DNA of 64,000 nucleotides, taken from the NCBI GenBank assembly GCA_964588985.1, contig CAZPQW010000015.1:1-64000 (forward strand), given 5' to 3'. How positions within the stretch are numbered: position 1 is the first letter of the stretch; every line of letters starts with the position of its first letter. A model generated the notes under the pieces. The model worked only from the letters and a program-made list of their open reading frames with translations, did no database searches and was not told the DNA's origin. The stretch is from an uncultured Solirubrobacteraceae bacterium (GTDB taxonomy: Bacteria > Actinomycetota > Thermoleophilia > Solirubrobacterales > Solirubrobacteraceae). The translations under genes were made by a program, and so were the position numbers. Below, piece after piece: positions 28,162-37,992 of this stretch.

Positions 28162-29700
28162 ATGGACAAACCACGAGTAACCCAGCAAACCTCCAACGCG
28201 ATCTCGCTCCGCGGCGATCTCGCGCACGAGGCGCCCGGCCCGAGGCTGCTTGGGCGCAGCACGTTCCGCGGCCGGCTGCAGTGGGCCCTGGAGGGCCCTG
28301 GCTGGGGGATTCTGCGCCCGACGGTGGACTTCGTGCTGCTGTGCGTCGCCGTGGCGATCGCCTTGGGAGGAGCGAGCGCCACCCTTCACGTTCCCGCGGT
28401 TCGTGCACCGCTGCTCGCGATGCCGCCGTTGGTGATGCTGCTGTTCTACCTGCGGGGTCTCTACCGCACCCGCCTGCGTGCGCTCGTGCTCGATGGGGTC
28501 GTCCCCGTCGTCAGCGCCGTGTCGGTCGCCGCGATGGCCGTCGCCGTCCTCGGCATGCTCGTCAACGATCAGGTCACCAACCAGTCCGATTGGCTGCGCG
28601 CTTGGCTGTTCGCGCTCGTCGGCGTCGGGTTGGGCCGCATACTGCTGTCCTCCGCCCAGCGCCTGGCCCGCGCCCGCCGCCTCGTCGGCAAGCCCGTGTT
28701 GATCATGGGCGCCGGCATGGTCGGGGCGCAGGTGGCTCGTCGGCTGGAGAGCCACCCCGAGTATGGTCTCGCGCCGATCGGGTTCCTAGACGAGGACCCG
28801 CGCTCGATCGCCGAGGTGGGAGGGCGCGACGTGCCCGTGCTGGGAACAATCGAGGATCTCGACGAGACCGTCGCGCGGACCGGCGTGAAGAACCTCATCG
28901 TGGCGTTCTCCTCGGTCACCGACGATCGCGTCAGCCGCCTGATCCAGCGCTGCCAGGAGCTCGGCGTGGAAGTCTCAGTAGTGCCGCGCATGTTCGACAC
29001 GATCAACGATCGCGTGGGCTACGACACCGTCGGCGGGCTGCCGCTGCTGTCGTTCAGCACCGTCGACCCCAACGGGCTGCAGTTCGCCGTCAAGCACGCG
29101 ATGGACCGCGTCGTGGCGGTGACGCTGCTGATCCTGCTCTCGCCCCTGCTGCTGCTGGCGGCCCTCGCCGTGCGTCTCAGCTCACCGGGGCCCGTGTTCT
29201 TCAAGCAGCGCCGCGTGGGGCGTGACGGCAAGGTGTTCGACTTCTACAAGTTCCGCTCGATGCGCGTGCAGCCCGGAGCGCCGAACCCCGACGAGGAGGA
29301 CGCCGGCGCGCTGGCGTTCCTGCTGGCCGGCGACATCGCGCCTGGAGGAGTGGAGGGCGTGGACCGCCGCACCACCGTCGGGCGGTTCCTGCGCAGAACC
29401 TCGTTCGACGAGCTGCCGCAGCTGTTCAACGTGCTCCGCGGCGACATGAGCCTCGTCGGCCCCCGTCCAGAGCGCCCCGAGTTCGTGGAGCTGTTCAGAC
29501 AGGACATCATCCGCTACGGCGACCGCCACCGCGTCAAGTCCGGCATCACCGGCTGGGCGCAGGTCCACGGGCTGCGCGGGCAGACCTCGCTGGCCGAGCG
29601 AGTGGAGTGGGACAACTACTACATCGCCCACTGGTCGGTCGGGCTGGACCTGAAGATCCTCGCGCTGACCGTGCTCGCGCTGTTCCGCAACGCGGAGTAG
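28162..29700 (+). CDS. Polyprenyl-phosphate priming sugar transferase (WcaJ-like)
   Basis: TM helices; VLIMGAG, KFRSM, VGRFLRRTSFDELPQLFNVLRGDMSLVGPRPERP, VKSGITGWAQVHGLRGQTS...RVEWDNYYI. Confidence 0.95.
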   Translation: MDKPRVTQQTSNAISLRGDLAHEAPGPRLLGRSTFRGRLQWALEGPGWGILRPTVDFVLLCVAVAIALGGASATLHVPAVRAPLLAMPPLVMLLFYLRGLYRTRLRALVLDGVVPVVSAVSVAAMAVAVLGMLVNDQVTNQSDWLRAWLFALVGVGLGRILLSSAQRLARARRLVGKPVLIMGAGMVGAQVARRLESHPEYGLAPIGFLDEDPRSIAEVGGRDVPVLGTIEDLDETVARTGVKNLIVAFSSVTDDRVSRLIQRCQELGVEVSVVPRMFDTINDRVGYDTVGGLPLLSFSTVDPNGLQFAVKHAMDRVVAVTLLILLSPLLLLAALAVRLSSPGPVFFKQRRVGRDGKVFDFYKFRSMRVQPGAPNPDEEDAGALAFLLAGDIAPGGVEGVDRRTTVGRFLRRTSFDELPQLFNVLRGDMSLVGPRPERPEFVELFRQDIIRYGDRHRVKSGITGWAQVHGLRGQTSLAERVEWDNYYIAHWSVGLDLKILALTVLALFRNAE

Positions 29701-29715
29701 GTCCCGCCTCCCAGC

Positions 29716-31041
29716 TCAGATGCTCGACTGGGCCGCTCTGCTCGGGCCGCCGCCGTACTGAAAGACGCGCACGCTCAGTCCTCGCGTGCCCAGCACCGCG
29801 GGCAGCGCGATCGAATAGTGATCGAAGCGATCGAGCGTGAACAGCGCGCGATAGCGCAGCACGCTGCCCTGAAACGCTTCCAGCTCCATGAAGTCGCCCA
29901 CCGGCCCCGAGCCGCTCGCGCGCACGCGCCCTCTCCTTGCGCTCAGGCCCACGGTCACACGGCTGACAGAGCCGAAGGGCGAGGTCAGCACGCGCTTGAA
30001 CGCGGCGAAGGAGCGCTTGTGCCTGCCGGCCAGGCTCACCACCCCGAATTCTTCGTTGCCGGAGTCCAGCAGCTTGTAGAGCACCGCCGCGGCGACGTAG
30101 CGCATGCGGCTGAGGGCATGGAACGTGTCGAGGATGTTCGCGGCCTGCGTCTGTGCGGTCACGCAGCCCTGTTCCTGCTGGATCTTGCGCCGTGGCCAGC
30201 AGCTGGTCCAGCCGAACTCGTCCAGCCACAGCGGGGTGGAGTCGCCGTTGGCCAGCTGTGTTTCGTGGATCGAGCGCAGCGAGGCGAGCGTGAGGTTGTA
30301 GAAGTGCACGGCCAGCCCGTCGTAGAAGCCCTTGATGCCCGCCGCGTATAGCGCGCGCAGGAACGCGCCGTTGGAGCCCACGAGCGAGCCGCCGAGGACC
30401 ATCACGCTCGGGTTGGCTCGCTTGATCGCCGGGTATGCCGCACGCAGCATCGCCGCGTAGCGAACGGCCTTGTTGGGGCCCGCGAAGTACGCTTCGTTTG
30501 ACTGGTCGGGCTCGTTCCAGATTTCGATTGCGGCCAGCTGTGGGCCGTAGCGCTGGGCGAGATACGCCACGAAGGCCGCGAACGCCTCCGGGTCGGCCGG
30601 GCCCCACGAGTTGGCCTTGCTGACCTTGCCGCCCACACACGCTCGCAGCACGGCGGCGGGTGCGGAGGAGGCCCAGCAGGGCGAGCTCTGCACCAGCATG
30701 ATCAGTCGCATCCCAGCGCCGGCGGCATCCGCGGCCAGGCGATCGGTGTATGCCAGCGCGCGCGGGTCGATCTGGCCTGGCCCGAGCGGCTCGATCACCG
30801 ACCACGGCACTTCCATGCGCACCACCTTCGCGTGCAGCTGGTGCGCGACCGCGATCGAGCGGTCCGCCTGGCTCGGAATCGAGCCGCTCTGGACGCTTCC
30901 GATGTTCACCCCCCCGATCAGCGTCGTGGAGGCAGGACGTGCGGCCTGGCCTGCGCCCGCCGCGAGGGAGGGCGAGAGCCCGACGCCCGCGCACAGCGCG
31001 AGCGTGAACCAGACGGCTGGTCCGAGGACGCGCGTGGCCAT
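29716..31041 (-). CDS. Secreted clan GH-A glycoside hydrolase (GH5/GH39-like)
   Basis: Signal peptide; VVRMEVPWSVIEP, IEIWNEPD (acid/base), AVHFY, PLWLDEFGW (nucleophile). Confidence 0.85.
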   Translation of the reverse strand: MATRVLGPAVWFTLALCAGVGLSPSLAAGAGQAARPASTTLIGGVNIGSVQSGSIPSQADRSIAVAHQLHAKVVRMEVPWSVIEPLGPGQIDPRALAYTDRLAADAAGAGMRLIMLVQSSPCWASSAPAAVLRACVGGKVSKANSWGPADPEAFAAFVAYLAQRYGPQLAAIEIWNEPDQSNEAYFAGPNKAVRYAAMLRAAYPAIKRANPSVMVLGGSLVGSNGAFLRALYAAGIKGFYDGLAVHFYNLTLASLRSIHETQLANGDSTPLWLDEFGWTSCWPRRKIQQEQGCVTAQTQAANILDTFHALSRMRYVAAAVLYKLLDSGNEEFGVVSLAGRHKRSFAAFKRVLTSPFGSVSRVTVGLSARRGRVRASGSGPVGDFMELEAFQGSVLRYRALFTLDRFDHYSIALPAVLGTRGLSVRVFQYGGGPSRAAQSSI

Positions 31042-31118
31042 ATGCCCACACGATAGTCACCGTCGCCTCCTACGGCGCTGGTGTGGCCGTGGCGAGCTTC
31101 AGTAGGCTACCCCCGGTC

Positions 31119-31205
31119 ATGTCGCCGACTTGGATCTGGATGCAGTTCGCGATCGTGATCTTCGTGCTGATCGGGATGGTCATCGCCATCGTCAAGCTTG
31201 TCTGA
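31119..31205 (+). CDS. Unannotated 28-aa single-TM microprotein
   Basis: MSPTWIWMQFAIVIFVLIGMVIAIVKLV*; host-like GC-ending codons; TAGGCT upstream; stop overlaps the next gene. Confidence 0.65.
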   Translation: MSPTWIWMQFAIVIFVLIGMVIAIVKLV

Positions 31206-32748
31206 GCCCCTCCTCAGCGCGCAGCCGTCACCGAGAGGCGAGCGGATCGCGATCTGCGTGCTCACCGTGCTCGCCCTCGCGCTGCGTCTCACGAGCCTGT
31301 CACGCAGCCTGTTCACCGACGAGGCCTACTCGTTCGCGCTCGCCCAGCGCGGCTTCGGCCACATGCTCGCGCTGTTCGCCTACGAATCGAACGGCACGTT
31401 GTACTCGGTCGCGCTGTGGCCGCTGATCCGCATCTTCGGCAGCGGCGAGGCGCTCCTGCGCGCCCCCGCGCTGGTCGCGGGAGTCGCCGGCGTGCCGGCG
31501 ATGTGGTGGGCCGCACGCGGGCTCGCCAGCGGTCGTGTGGCGCTGATCGCCGCCGCCCTGCTCGCGGTCAACCCGATGGCGGTCTGGTACAGCCAGGAGG
31601 CCCGCGCGTATTCGTTCATCGTGCTCGCCTGTTGCCTTGCGTTCGGGGCGCTCGCCCGTGCGCTCGCACGCGAGGACGGCGCGCGTGGCGGGGCGTGGAC
31701 GGGCTACGTGGCGGCGATGACGGCGCTCGCGTACTGCCAGCTGCTCGCCGTGCCGATCGTGCTGCCCGCGCAGGCCATCCTCGCCCGGCGCAGGGGCCGC
31801 GACGGGATCCGCTGGTGGGCCGGCTCGCTGCTCGTGCTCGCGGTCTGCTGCGTGCCGCTGCTGGTCATCACTGCGATCTCGCGCGGTCGGCGCAATCCGC
31901 TCTACTGGCTGCCGAAGCCGAGCCGTGGCCTGGTGGAGCTCGCGCTGCAGGAGTTCACCGGCGGGTTCTCCGGCGTGACGGCCGTGCGCTGGCTCACGCT
32001 CGCGCTCGGCGCCGCGCTGCTCGCGGGCGCGATCTGGGGTCTGCGACGGGCAACCGCTCGGGCCGTCGACCCCACGACGCTCGCGATAGCGGCCGGCTGG
32101 GCGCTGATCCCCCCGGCGCTGCTGCTGGCGGTCTCGGTGGCGGAGCCGGTGTTCTGGCCCCGCTACGCGATCGTCGCCCTGCCCGGCCTGTGCCTCCTGG
32201 GCGGGCTGTGCGCGGAGCAGCTCTGGCGACGCCGTCAGGGCATGGCGCTCGCGTTGGCGCTGCTCGCCGGTATCGCGCTCGTGGGCGCGTATGCGGACAA
32301 GCGCCAGGCGAGCGCGCTGCAGGAGGACTGGCCGCCGATCGCGGCGTGGCTGAGGGCCGAACGCGCGTTGGGCGAGCCGATCGTGGTGGACAACGCGCTC
32401 GTGCTCGCCTCGATGGGCTACTACGACCAGGCGTTCAAGGCGGGCGACGGGGAGCTGGTCGTGCAGGAATGGCACGACCAGCCGTTGCCGGCCGCTTTCT
32501 ACGGCTTCAAGGACCGCACCGGCTATGGGAGCTTCCCCGACGGGCCGCCGAGCGAAGCGCTGTTCTCACGCCTCGCGACGGGCCCGCGGCGAAGCGCCTG
32601 GCTGATCGTGTCCGAGGTCGATCGCGACCTCCAGGCCGACCCCAGGACCGGCGCCGCCGTCGCGTGGGCGAGACGCCACTGCGATGTGCAGGTTCGCGAA
32701 AGCGTGGGCGTCTGGGCGCTGCACGCGACCGGCTGCCGTTCGAGCTAG
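31198..32748 (+). CDS. GT-C fold membrane glycosyltransferase (GT39/PMT-like)
   Basis: LR....RSLFTDEAYS, LRAP, NP.AVWYSQEARAY, PRY; many TM helices plus a C-terminal extracellular domain. Confidence 0.88.
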   Translation: MSEPLLSAQPSPRGERIAICVLTVLALALRLTSLSRSLFTDEAYSFALAQRGFGHMLALFAYESNGTLYSVALWPLIRIFGSGEALLRAPALVAGVAGVPAMWWAARGLASGRVALIAAALLAVNPMAVWYSQEARAYSFIVLACCLAFGALARALAREDGARGGAWTGYVAAMTALAYCQLLAVPIVLPAQAILARRRGRDGIRWWAGSLLVLAVCCVPLLVITAISRGRRNPLYWLPKPSRGLVELALQEFTGGFSGVTAVRWLTLALGAALLAGAIWGLRRATARAVDPTTLAIAAGWALIPPALLLAVSVAEPVFWPRYAIVALPGLCLLGGLCAEQLWRRRQGMALALALLAGIALVGAYADKRQASALQEDWPPIAAWLRAERALGEPIVVDNALVLASMGYYDQAFKAGDGELVVQEWHDQPLPAAFYGFKDRTGYGSFPDGPPSEALFSRLATGPRRSAWLIVSEVDRDLQADPRTGAAVAWARRHCDVQVRESVGVWALHATGCRSS

Positions 32749-32768
32749 CCGCGTCCGGCGAGCGCAAG

Positions 32769-33539
32769 TCAGCGGCGCCAGGGCCAGGGTCGTTGCGCAG
32801 CGCGCGCGGGCAGGTGTTCGAGCGCGGGCCGAGGGGGGATCGGTCCGCCGTGGAGGATCGCCGCGGGCACCTCCTCGGCGAGCCACTCCGTCAGCTCGCC
32901 CAACCCGGCCTGCTCGAGCTCTTCGCGGATGCCCGGGGCGCGGCCCTCGAGGTCGTGCGCGTCGGAGGCCACGTTGTGGACCAGCTCTTCCTCCACCAGC
33001 TGCATGGCGAAACGGCGCACCGTGCCCCCGAAGCGACCGACGAGCGACCCCGCGGTGATCGACGTCAACACGCCGTCCGCCACGAGCGAGCGCAGCATGC
33101 CGGGATCGCGATGGATCGCGGGACAGCGCTCCGGATGGGCGAGCAGGATGCGGTGCCCTCGACTCTGCAGCTCTGCCGCGACCGGCTCGAGCGTCGGGGC
33201 CACGGGTGCGAACGGCGGCTCGAGCAGGATCCACTCGCCCCCACCGAGACGCAGCCGCTCCAGCTGAGGACCCTCGATCTCCGCGACCGCGGTCATGGCG
33301 ATCTCCGCGCCCGGGAGGATCTCGATCTCCACACCCTCCGCCGCGAGCCGCTCGGTCAGCTCGTCCACGCGAGCGCGGATCGTCTCCGGCCGGTTGGGGT
33401 AGCGCGCGCTCACGTGCGGCGTCGCGACGATCGTTCGCACCCCCGCCGCGGCCGAGGCGCGCGCCAGAGCCAGCGAGCCCTCGATCGTCTCCGGCCCGTC
33501 GTCGATGCCCGGGAGCACGTGGCAGTGGAGGTCGATCAC
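32769..33539 (-). CDS. CpsB/CapC-type PHP protein-tyrosine phosphatase
   Basis: IDLHCHVLPGIDDGP, VATPH, GAEI, LAHPERC, VASDAH. Confidence 0.95.
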   Translation of the reverse strand: MIDLHCHVLPGIDDGPETIEGSLALARASAAAGVRTIVATPHVSARYPNRPETIRARVDELTERLAAEGVEIEILPGAEIAMTAVAEIEGPQLERLRLGGGEWILLEPPFAPVAPTLEPVAAELQSRGHRILLAHPERCPAIHRDPGMLRSLVADGVLTSITAGSLVGRFGGTVRRFAMQLVEEELVHNVASDAHDLEGRAPGIREELEQAGLGELTEWLAEEVPAAILHGGPIPPRPALEHLPARAAQRPWPWRR

Positions 33540-33604
33540 TCGGACATACGTTAGGTCAGAGACCGGTCCTCCCCCAACGCCCACGCGGCGGTTATGATCG
33601 TGGC

Positions 33605-34048
33605 GTGTTCAAGTCGATCGTTGTCGGAACCGACGGCTCGGAGACTGCCACGAAGGCGGTCCGTCAGGCGGCCGACCTCGCTCGCTCGGTGGGCGCCAAG
33701 CTCGAGCTGGTCAGCGCGTATGAACCTGTCCCCGCCCAGCGCCTGAGCGACGAACGTCGTCAGGCGCCCGAGGACCTGCAATGGGCGATCAACCCGCGCG
33801 AGGATGTCGACGCGACGCTCGAGGCGGCCGCGGCCGTCGCGCGCGAGGCCGGCGTCGAGGTGGACGTGTACGCCCGCCAGGGCGACCCTGCGGATGCGAT
33901 TCTCGATGTCGCCGAGGAGCGCGAAGCCGACCTGATCGTGGTGGGCAACAAGGGCATGACCGGCGCCAAGCGCTTCCTGTTGGGCTCGGTGCCCAACAAG
34001 GTCTCACATCACGCGCCGTGCTCGGTGCTGATCATCCGCACCAGCTGA
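33605..34048 (+). CDS. Universal stress protein
   Basis: FKSIVVGTDGS, GDPADAIL, DLIVVGNKGMTG...LLGSV..KV.HHAPCSVLI; TATGAT 6 nt before GTG. Confidence 0.95.
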   Translation: MFKSIVVGTDGSETATKAVRQAADLARSVGAKLELVSAYEPVPAQRLSDERRQAPEDLQWAINPREDVDATLEAAAAVAREAGVEVDVYARQGDPADAILDVAEEREADLIVVGNKGMTGAKRFLLGSVPNKVSHHAPCSVLIIRTS

Positions 34049-34059
34049 GCGGCCGGCGG

Positions 34060-35142
34060 CTAGCTCGCCATCCACCACTCGCCGTCGAGCCGCGTCATCA
34101 GCGCGTGCCCGGAGGTGACGGCGCCGAGCAGGTCGGTGTCGCGGGCGTGGATCAGCGAGCGTGCGCTGAAGCGGAAGAGCGCCCCGCGGTGGGCGACCTC
34201 CGCCAGCAGGTTCGCCTCGACGCGCCCCTGCACCGCCGCGCCGCCGTGCGCGACGGCGTGCGCGAACAGGCTGTCGAGCACCGCGCCCATCTGGCGCTCG
34301 CGCGCCGCTATCTGCAGGACCTGGCAAGCCTCGTCCCGCTTGGCGTAGTAGATGTACCAGCCGAGCATGCGCCCGGCGGCGTCGCGGACGAGGCGCCGGT
34401 GCGGAGTGCCCCAGGTGCGGTTGTGGGGCAGCTCCGCGAACAGCCACTCCAACCCCTCGACCGTGTAGTCGGGCACCAGCCGCAGCGACTTCGCCACCGC
34501 CGGCAGGCTGTCCAGTAACAGCTCGGGCGTGAGCTCCTCGTCGGTCGTGGTCAGGCCCGTGGGCGCCTTGAAATAGCGCAGCCGCTCGGTCGGGATGTCC
34601 AGCAGCGGGAGCAGCCGCCGCGCGCGCGGCTTGATGTGCTCGCGCACGTGCAGGTTGATCTGCATTGCGCGATTGCCGGTGTAGCTAAGCGGGCGAAACA
34701 CGCGCACCCACACCATGCTGCTCGGGTGCATCATCTGCCCGCCCACCAGTTCGAAGATCTGGCGGATCTCGTCCGAGGCGCCGTCGGTGATCGTGAGATC
34801 CTGCGCGCCGCCGAAGAAGCGCCGCAGCAGCCTCGCCCCGACACCGAGGTTGCGGACCTTGGGGTGGGCGATCAACGGTCCGCCCGCGGCCAGCCGCACA
34901 GGTCGGCCGTCGAAGCGCATCGGGCGCACGTGCGAGCCGATGAAGCCGAGGATCTCCCCCGAGTCGTCGACGTACACGAGGCTCGGGATCTCGGGGTCGA
35001 ACCAGGGGTTGTCGAACAGCGTGCGCTCGAGCCACGGCGCGAGTTCCGCGGGCGGTATGCGCCAGTCGGAGGCGTCCACGACTTTGTACAGCTCCGCCAC
35101 CTCCGGGATCTCGTCCCTGCGCATCGGGCGCATCTCGCTCAC
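34060..35142 (-). CDS. GNAT-family acyltransferase (two-domain)
   Basis: IRPM-like start (MRPM), GEILGFIG, AHPKVRNLGVGARLL motif A, second domain GRMLGWYIYY; GTGA-coupled to the carrier gene. Confidence 0.8.
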   Translation of the reverse strand: MSEMRPMRRDEIPEVAELYKVVDASDWRIPPAELAPWLERTLFDNPWFDPEIPSLVYVDDSGEILGFIGSHVRPMRFDGRPVRLAAGGPLIAHPKVRNLGVGARLLRRFFGGAQDLTITDGASDEIRQIFELVGGQMMHPSSMVWVRVFRPLSYTGNRAMQINLHVREHIKPRARRLLPLLDIPTERLRYFKAPTGLTTTDEELTPELLLDSLPAVAKSLRLVPDYTVEGLEWLFAELPHNRTWGTPHRRLVRDAAGRMLGWYIYYAKRDEACQVLQIAARERQMGAVLDSLFAHAVAHGGAAVQGRVEANLLAEVAHRGALFRFSARSLIHARDTDLLGAVTSGHALMTRLDGEWWMAS

Positions 35143-35390
35143 GAGGACACCTCCGCCGACTCGATCATCCTGGCCATGGTCGAGAGTGTGCGCAGGGAAT
35201 CGATCTCCAGCGAGTCGAGCGGGATCTCGATCCCGAACTCCTGCTCGATCGCGAACAGCAGCGACACGAGCGTGAGGGAGTCCAGCAGCGCCCCATCGAT
35301 GATGTCGAGGTCCGGCGCGGGCGCGGACATGCTGAGCGTGTCCTCGAAGATGCGCCCGATGCGCGCGACGATCTCCTGTTCACTCGTCAT
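35139..35390 (-). CDS. Acyl/aminoacyl carrier protein (DltC-like)
   Basis: Acidic 83 aa; LLDSLTLVSLL phosphopantetheine Ser; IEQEFGIEIP. Confidence 0.92.
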   Translation of the reverse strand: MTSEQEIVARIGRIFEDTLSMSAPAPDLDIIDGALLDSLTLVSLLFAIEQEFGIEIPLDSLEIDSLRTLSTMARMIESAEVSS

Positions 35391-36945
35391 TGGATAGCGC
35401 CGCGAATCGTTCTTTGAGCAGCCGTCGGTCGGCCTTGCCGCTCACGTTGCGCGGGAGCGATTCGAGCTCGAGCCATTGCGTGGGCAGCATGTAGCTAGGC
35501 AACGTGTCGGCAAGCGCGCTGCGCAGCTTGAGCTGGTCCAGCTCGGCGCCCACGCGTGGCGACCAGGCGCAGCAGATGCTCGCGCCCTCGAAGCCGTCGC
35601 TCTCCACCGCCACCACCGCGCATTCCGCCACGCCGTCGACTGCGGTGAGGGCGGTCTCGATCTCACCCAGCTCGATGCGGTAGCCGCGGCTCTTGATCTG
35701 GGAGTCCACGCGTCCCACGTAGTGCAGGACGCCGTCCTCGTCCACGCGTCCGAGGTCGCCCGTGCGATACAGGCGCAGGCCGCTGTCGTGATGGACGACG
35801 AACGCCGCGTCGGTCTTCTCCCGGTCGCGCCAGTAGCCGGGGCTCAGTCCCGCGCCCTCGATGTACAGCTCGCCGATCTCACCGGGCGCCACCGTCCGCA
35901 GCTGCTCGTCGAGCACGACGATGTCCTCGCCTGCGCAGGGAACGCCGATCGGGATCGGCACGGTGGTGTCCCGCGGAGCGCTCTCGACGGTGTGAAAGCT
36001 CGACGCGATCGTCGCCTCGGTCGGCCCGTACAGGTTCGTGTAGCTCGGCTGGGGCACGCGCTCCATCCAGTGGGCGAGCACCGCTGGCGCGAGCACCTCT
36101 CCGCACCAGATCACGCGACGCAGCGCGGGGAAGTCTGCCTCCTCGATCGCGTTTCCGCTGACCATGTAGGCGAACGTGGAGGGCACCGAGAACCACTGCG
36201 TGAGCTCCGAGTCGCGGATGAACCGCGCGAGCTGCGAAGGCAGCAGCGTGCCCGGTGGAACCAGGTGCAGCTCCGCGCCGCTGGAGAGCGTGCCGTAGAT
36301 GTCGAACGTGGAGAGGTCGAAGTGCAGCGGCGGGTGGCCGGAGATGCGATCGCCCGGACGGTGGCCGAAGTGGGCGAGCGCCCAATCGAGGAACGCGCTC
36401 ACCATCGCGTGTGTGATCACGACGCCCTTGGGCGTGCCGGTGGAGCCGGAGGTGAACAGGATGTGCGCGGGATCGGAGGGTGAGCTCGCGGTGGGGAGGG
36501 GCGCGTCGTCGAGGCTCGAGAACGCCTCGGGTCCGAACGCCGCCTGCTCGAGTGCGCCCTCGACGGAGCCCAGCTCCGTTCCGCCCAGCTCGAGCGTGTC
36601 CGCGAGCTTGCCCGCCTTCTCACACGCGAGCACCAGCCGCGGCTCGGCGGAGGAGAGAATCTTGTTCACGCGCGGGGCGGGGCTCGCGATGTCCACCGGT
36701 ACGTACACGCCGCCTGCCTTGAGCGTCGCCAGCATGCTCACGATCGCCATCGGCGCCTTCGGCTGCAGCAGCACCACGCGATCGCCCTGACGGACGCCCC
36801 GTTCGAGCAGCAGCCGTGCGAGCTGGTTGCTCGTGCGCTCCAGCTCGCCGTAGGTGAGCTCCTGCGAGCCCATCGCCACGGCGCGTGCGGTCGGCCGCTC
36901 CCGCGCGGAGAGTGAGACTCGCTCGTGCAGCAGCATCGGCGCCAT
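35380..36945 (-). CDS. Stand-alone amino-acid adenylation enzyme (DltA-like)
   Basis: LTYGEL, FTSGSTGTPKG, FDLS, WCGE, NLYGPTEAT, GELYIEG, YRTGDL, GRVDSQIKSRGYRIELGEIE, LPSYMLP, SGK; no condensation domain. Confidence 0.93.
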   Translation of the reverse strand: MAPMLLHERVSLSARERPTARAVAMGSQELTYGELERTSNQLARLLLERGVRQGDRVVLLQPKAPMAIVSMLATLKAGGVYVPVDIASPAPRVNKILSSAEPRLVLACEKAGKLADTLELGGTELGSVEGALEQAAFGPEAFSSLDDAPLPTASSPSDPAHILFTSGSTGTPKGVVITHAMVSAFLDWALAHFGHRPGDRISGHPPLHFDLSTFDIYGTLSSGAELHLVPPGTLLPSQLARFIRDSELTQWFSVPSTFAYMVSGNAIEEADFPALRRVIWCGEVLAPAVLAHWMERVPQPSYTNLYGPTEATIASSFHTVESAPRDTTVPIPIGVPCAGEDIVVLDEQLRTVAPGEIGELYIEGAGLSPGYWRDREKTDAAFVVHHDSGLRLYRTGDLGRVDEDGVLHYVGRVDSQIKSRGYRIELGEIETALTAVDGVAECAVVAVESDGFEGASICCAWSPRVGAELDQLKLRSALADTLPSYMLPTQWLELESLPRNVSGKADRRLLKERFAALSNDE

Positions 36946-36963
36946 CCCAGCCAGCTCCTGCGC

Positions 36964-37956
36964 TCAGGACGCGTTCGCCCGCGCCTGCTCGAAAACCACA
37001 CCGATGTGGTGCAGCTCCTCCTCGGAGGCGGGTATGTCGAGGATGAAAGAGTGAAAGCCGAGGTCGACGTAGCGGCCGAGCTCGGCCGCGACCTGCTCGT
37101 GGCTGCCGACCAGGTAGGGGCAGAACGTGGCGTAGTTCTCGAACGGCCACAGCCAGTAGGGGTCGTCCTCGACCGCCGTCTGCGCCGCCATGTCCGACAG
37201 CTGGCGATGCCAGTGTGAATCGGACACCTTCATCGCGAGCTTGTGCGCGATCTGACCCTTGCGGTCGTCGGGGAAACGCTCGCGTGCGACGCTCCACGCC
37301 TCCTCGCCGCTCTCGCGCGTGACGATGCCCACACGTATCCCGGAGGCCTCGCCGCCCTGGTCGGCCTCTTCGCCGGAGCGCTTGGGGTACTTCACCGGCA
37401 CCGCGCCGATCCGCCCGGCCGCCTCGAGCCCGGCCGGCGATGACCCGGAGATGAACAGGCCGGGTTGCAGATCGCTCGACAGCTCGGGGGCGAGACTCAG
37501 GTTTGACACCGAGTAGTACTCACCTGTGAAGGTGACGGTCTCGCCCGCCAACAGGCGTGTGACGATCTGGGTGTACTCCACCGTGCGCTCGTAGCGCTCG
37601 TCGTGAGGTGTGTCGTCACACAGCGCGAGCAGGTCGTTGCGAAATCCTCCCGCGACCATGTTCAGGTACACGCGACGCCCGTGGAGATACCCGAGCGTGC
37701 TCACCATCTTCGCGACCGAGTACGGATGCATGTACGCGGACTGCACCGCCACGAGCGGCGCGAGGCGCTCGGTGTGTTCGATGACCGTCTGGGAGACGAG
37801 CCACGGGTCGGCGATGCCGTTGTCCGTGTAGACGAGCATCCCCTCGCATCCGGCCGCCTCGCTCCAGCGGGCCGTGTCGATCACGCGCTGTAAGTACTCG
37901 TCCGGCGAACTGTCCCGGGATTGCGGACAGGTCGAGAATATGGCGAGGTCGGGCAC
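36964..37956 (-). CDS. LLM-class (luciferase-like) flavin-dependent oxidoreductase
   Basis: A..SE.AG, DPW, TERL.PLVAVQ, HPY.VAK...TL...GRR..LN.VAG, RYER..EY, F.GEYY, ISGSSPAG, LVGS.EQVA. Confidence 0.9.
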   Translation of the reverse strand: MPDLAIFSTCPQSRDSSPDEYLQRVIDTARWSEAAGCEGMLVYTDNGIADPWLVSQTVIEHTERLAPLVAVQSAYMHPYSVAKMVSTLGYLHGRRVYLNMVAGGFRNDLLALCDDTPHDERYERTVEYTQIVTRLLAGETVTFTGEYYSVSNLSLAPELSSDLQPGLFISGSSPAGLEAAGRIGAVPVKYPKRSGEEADQGGEASGIRVGIVTRESGEEAWSVARERFPDDRKGQIAHKLAMKVSDSHWHRQLSDMAAQTAVEDDPYWLWPFENYATFCPYLVGSHEQVAAELGRYVDLGFHSFILDIPASEEELHHIGVVFEQARANAS

Positions 37957-37992
37957 GGTGTTGTTTTCCTCTTGGCCGCGAGTCTAGGCCAC

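Noticed and set aside
35139-36945. NRPS secondary-metabolite cluster or canonical dlt operon
   Set aside because: No condensation or thioesterase domain and no DltB/DltD; treated as a tailoring cassette instead
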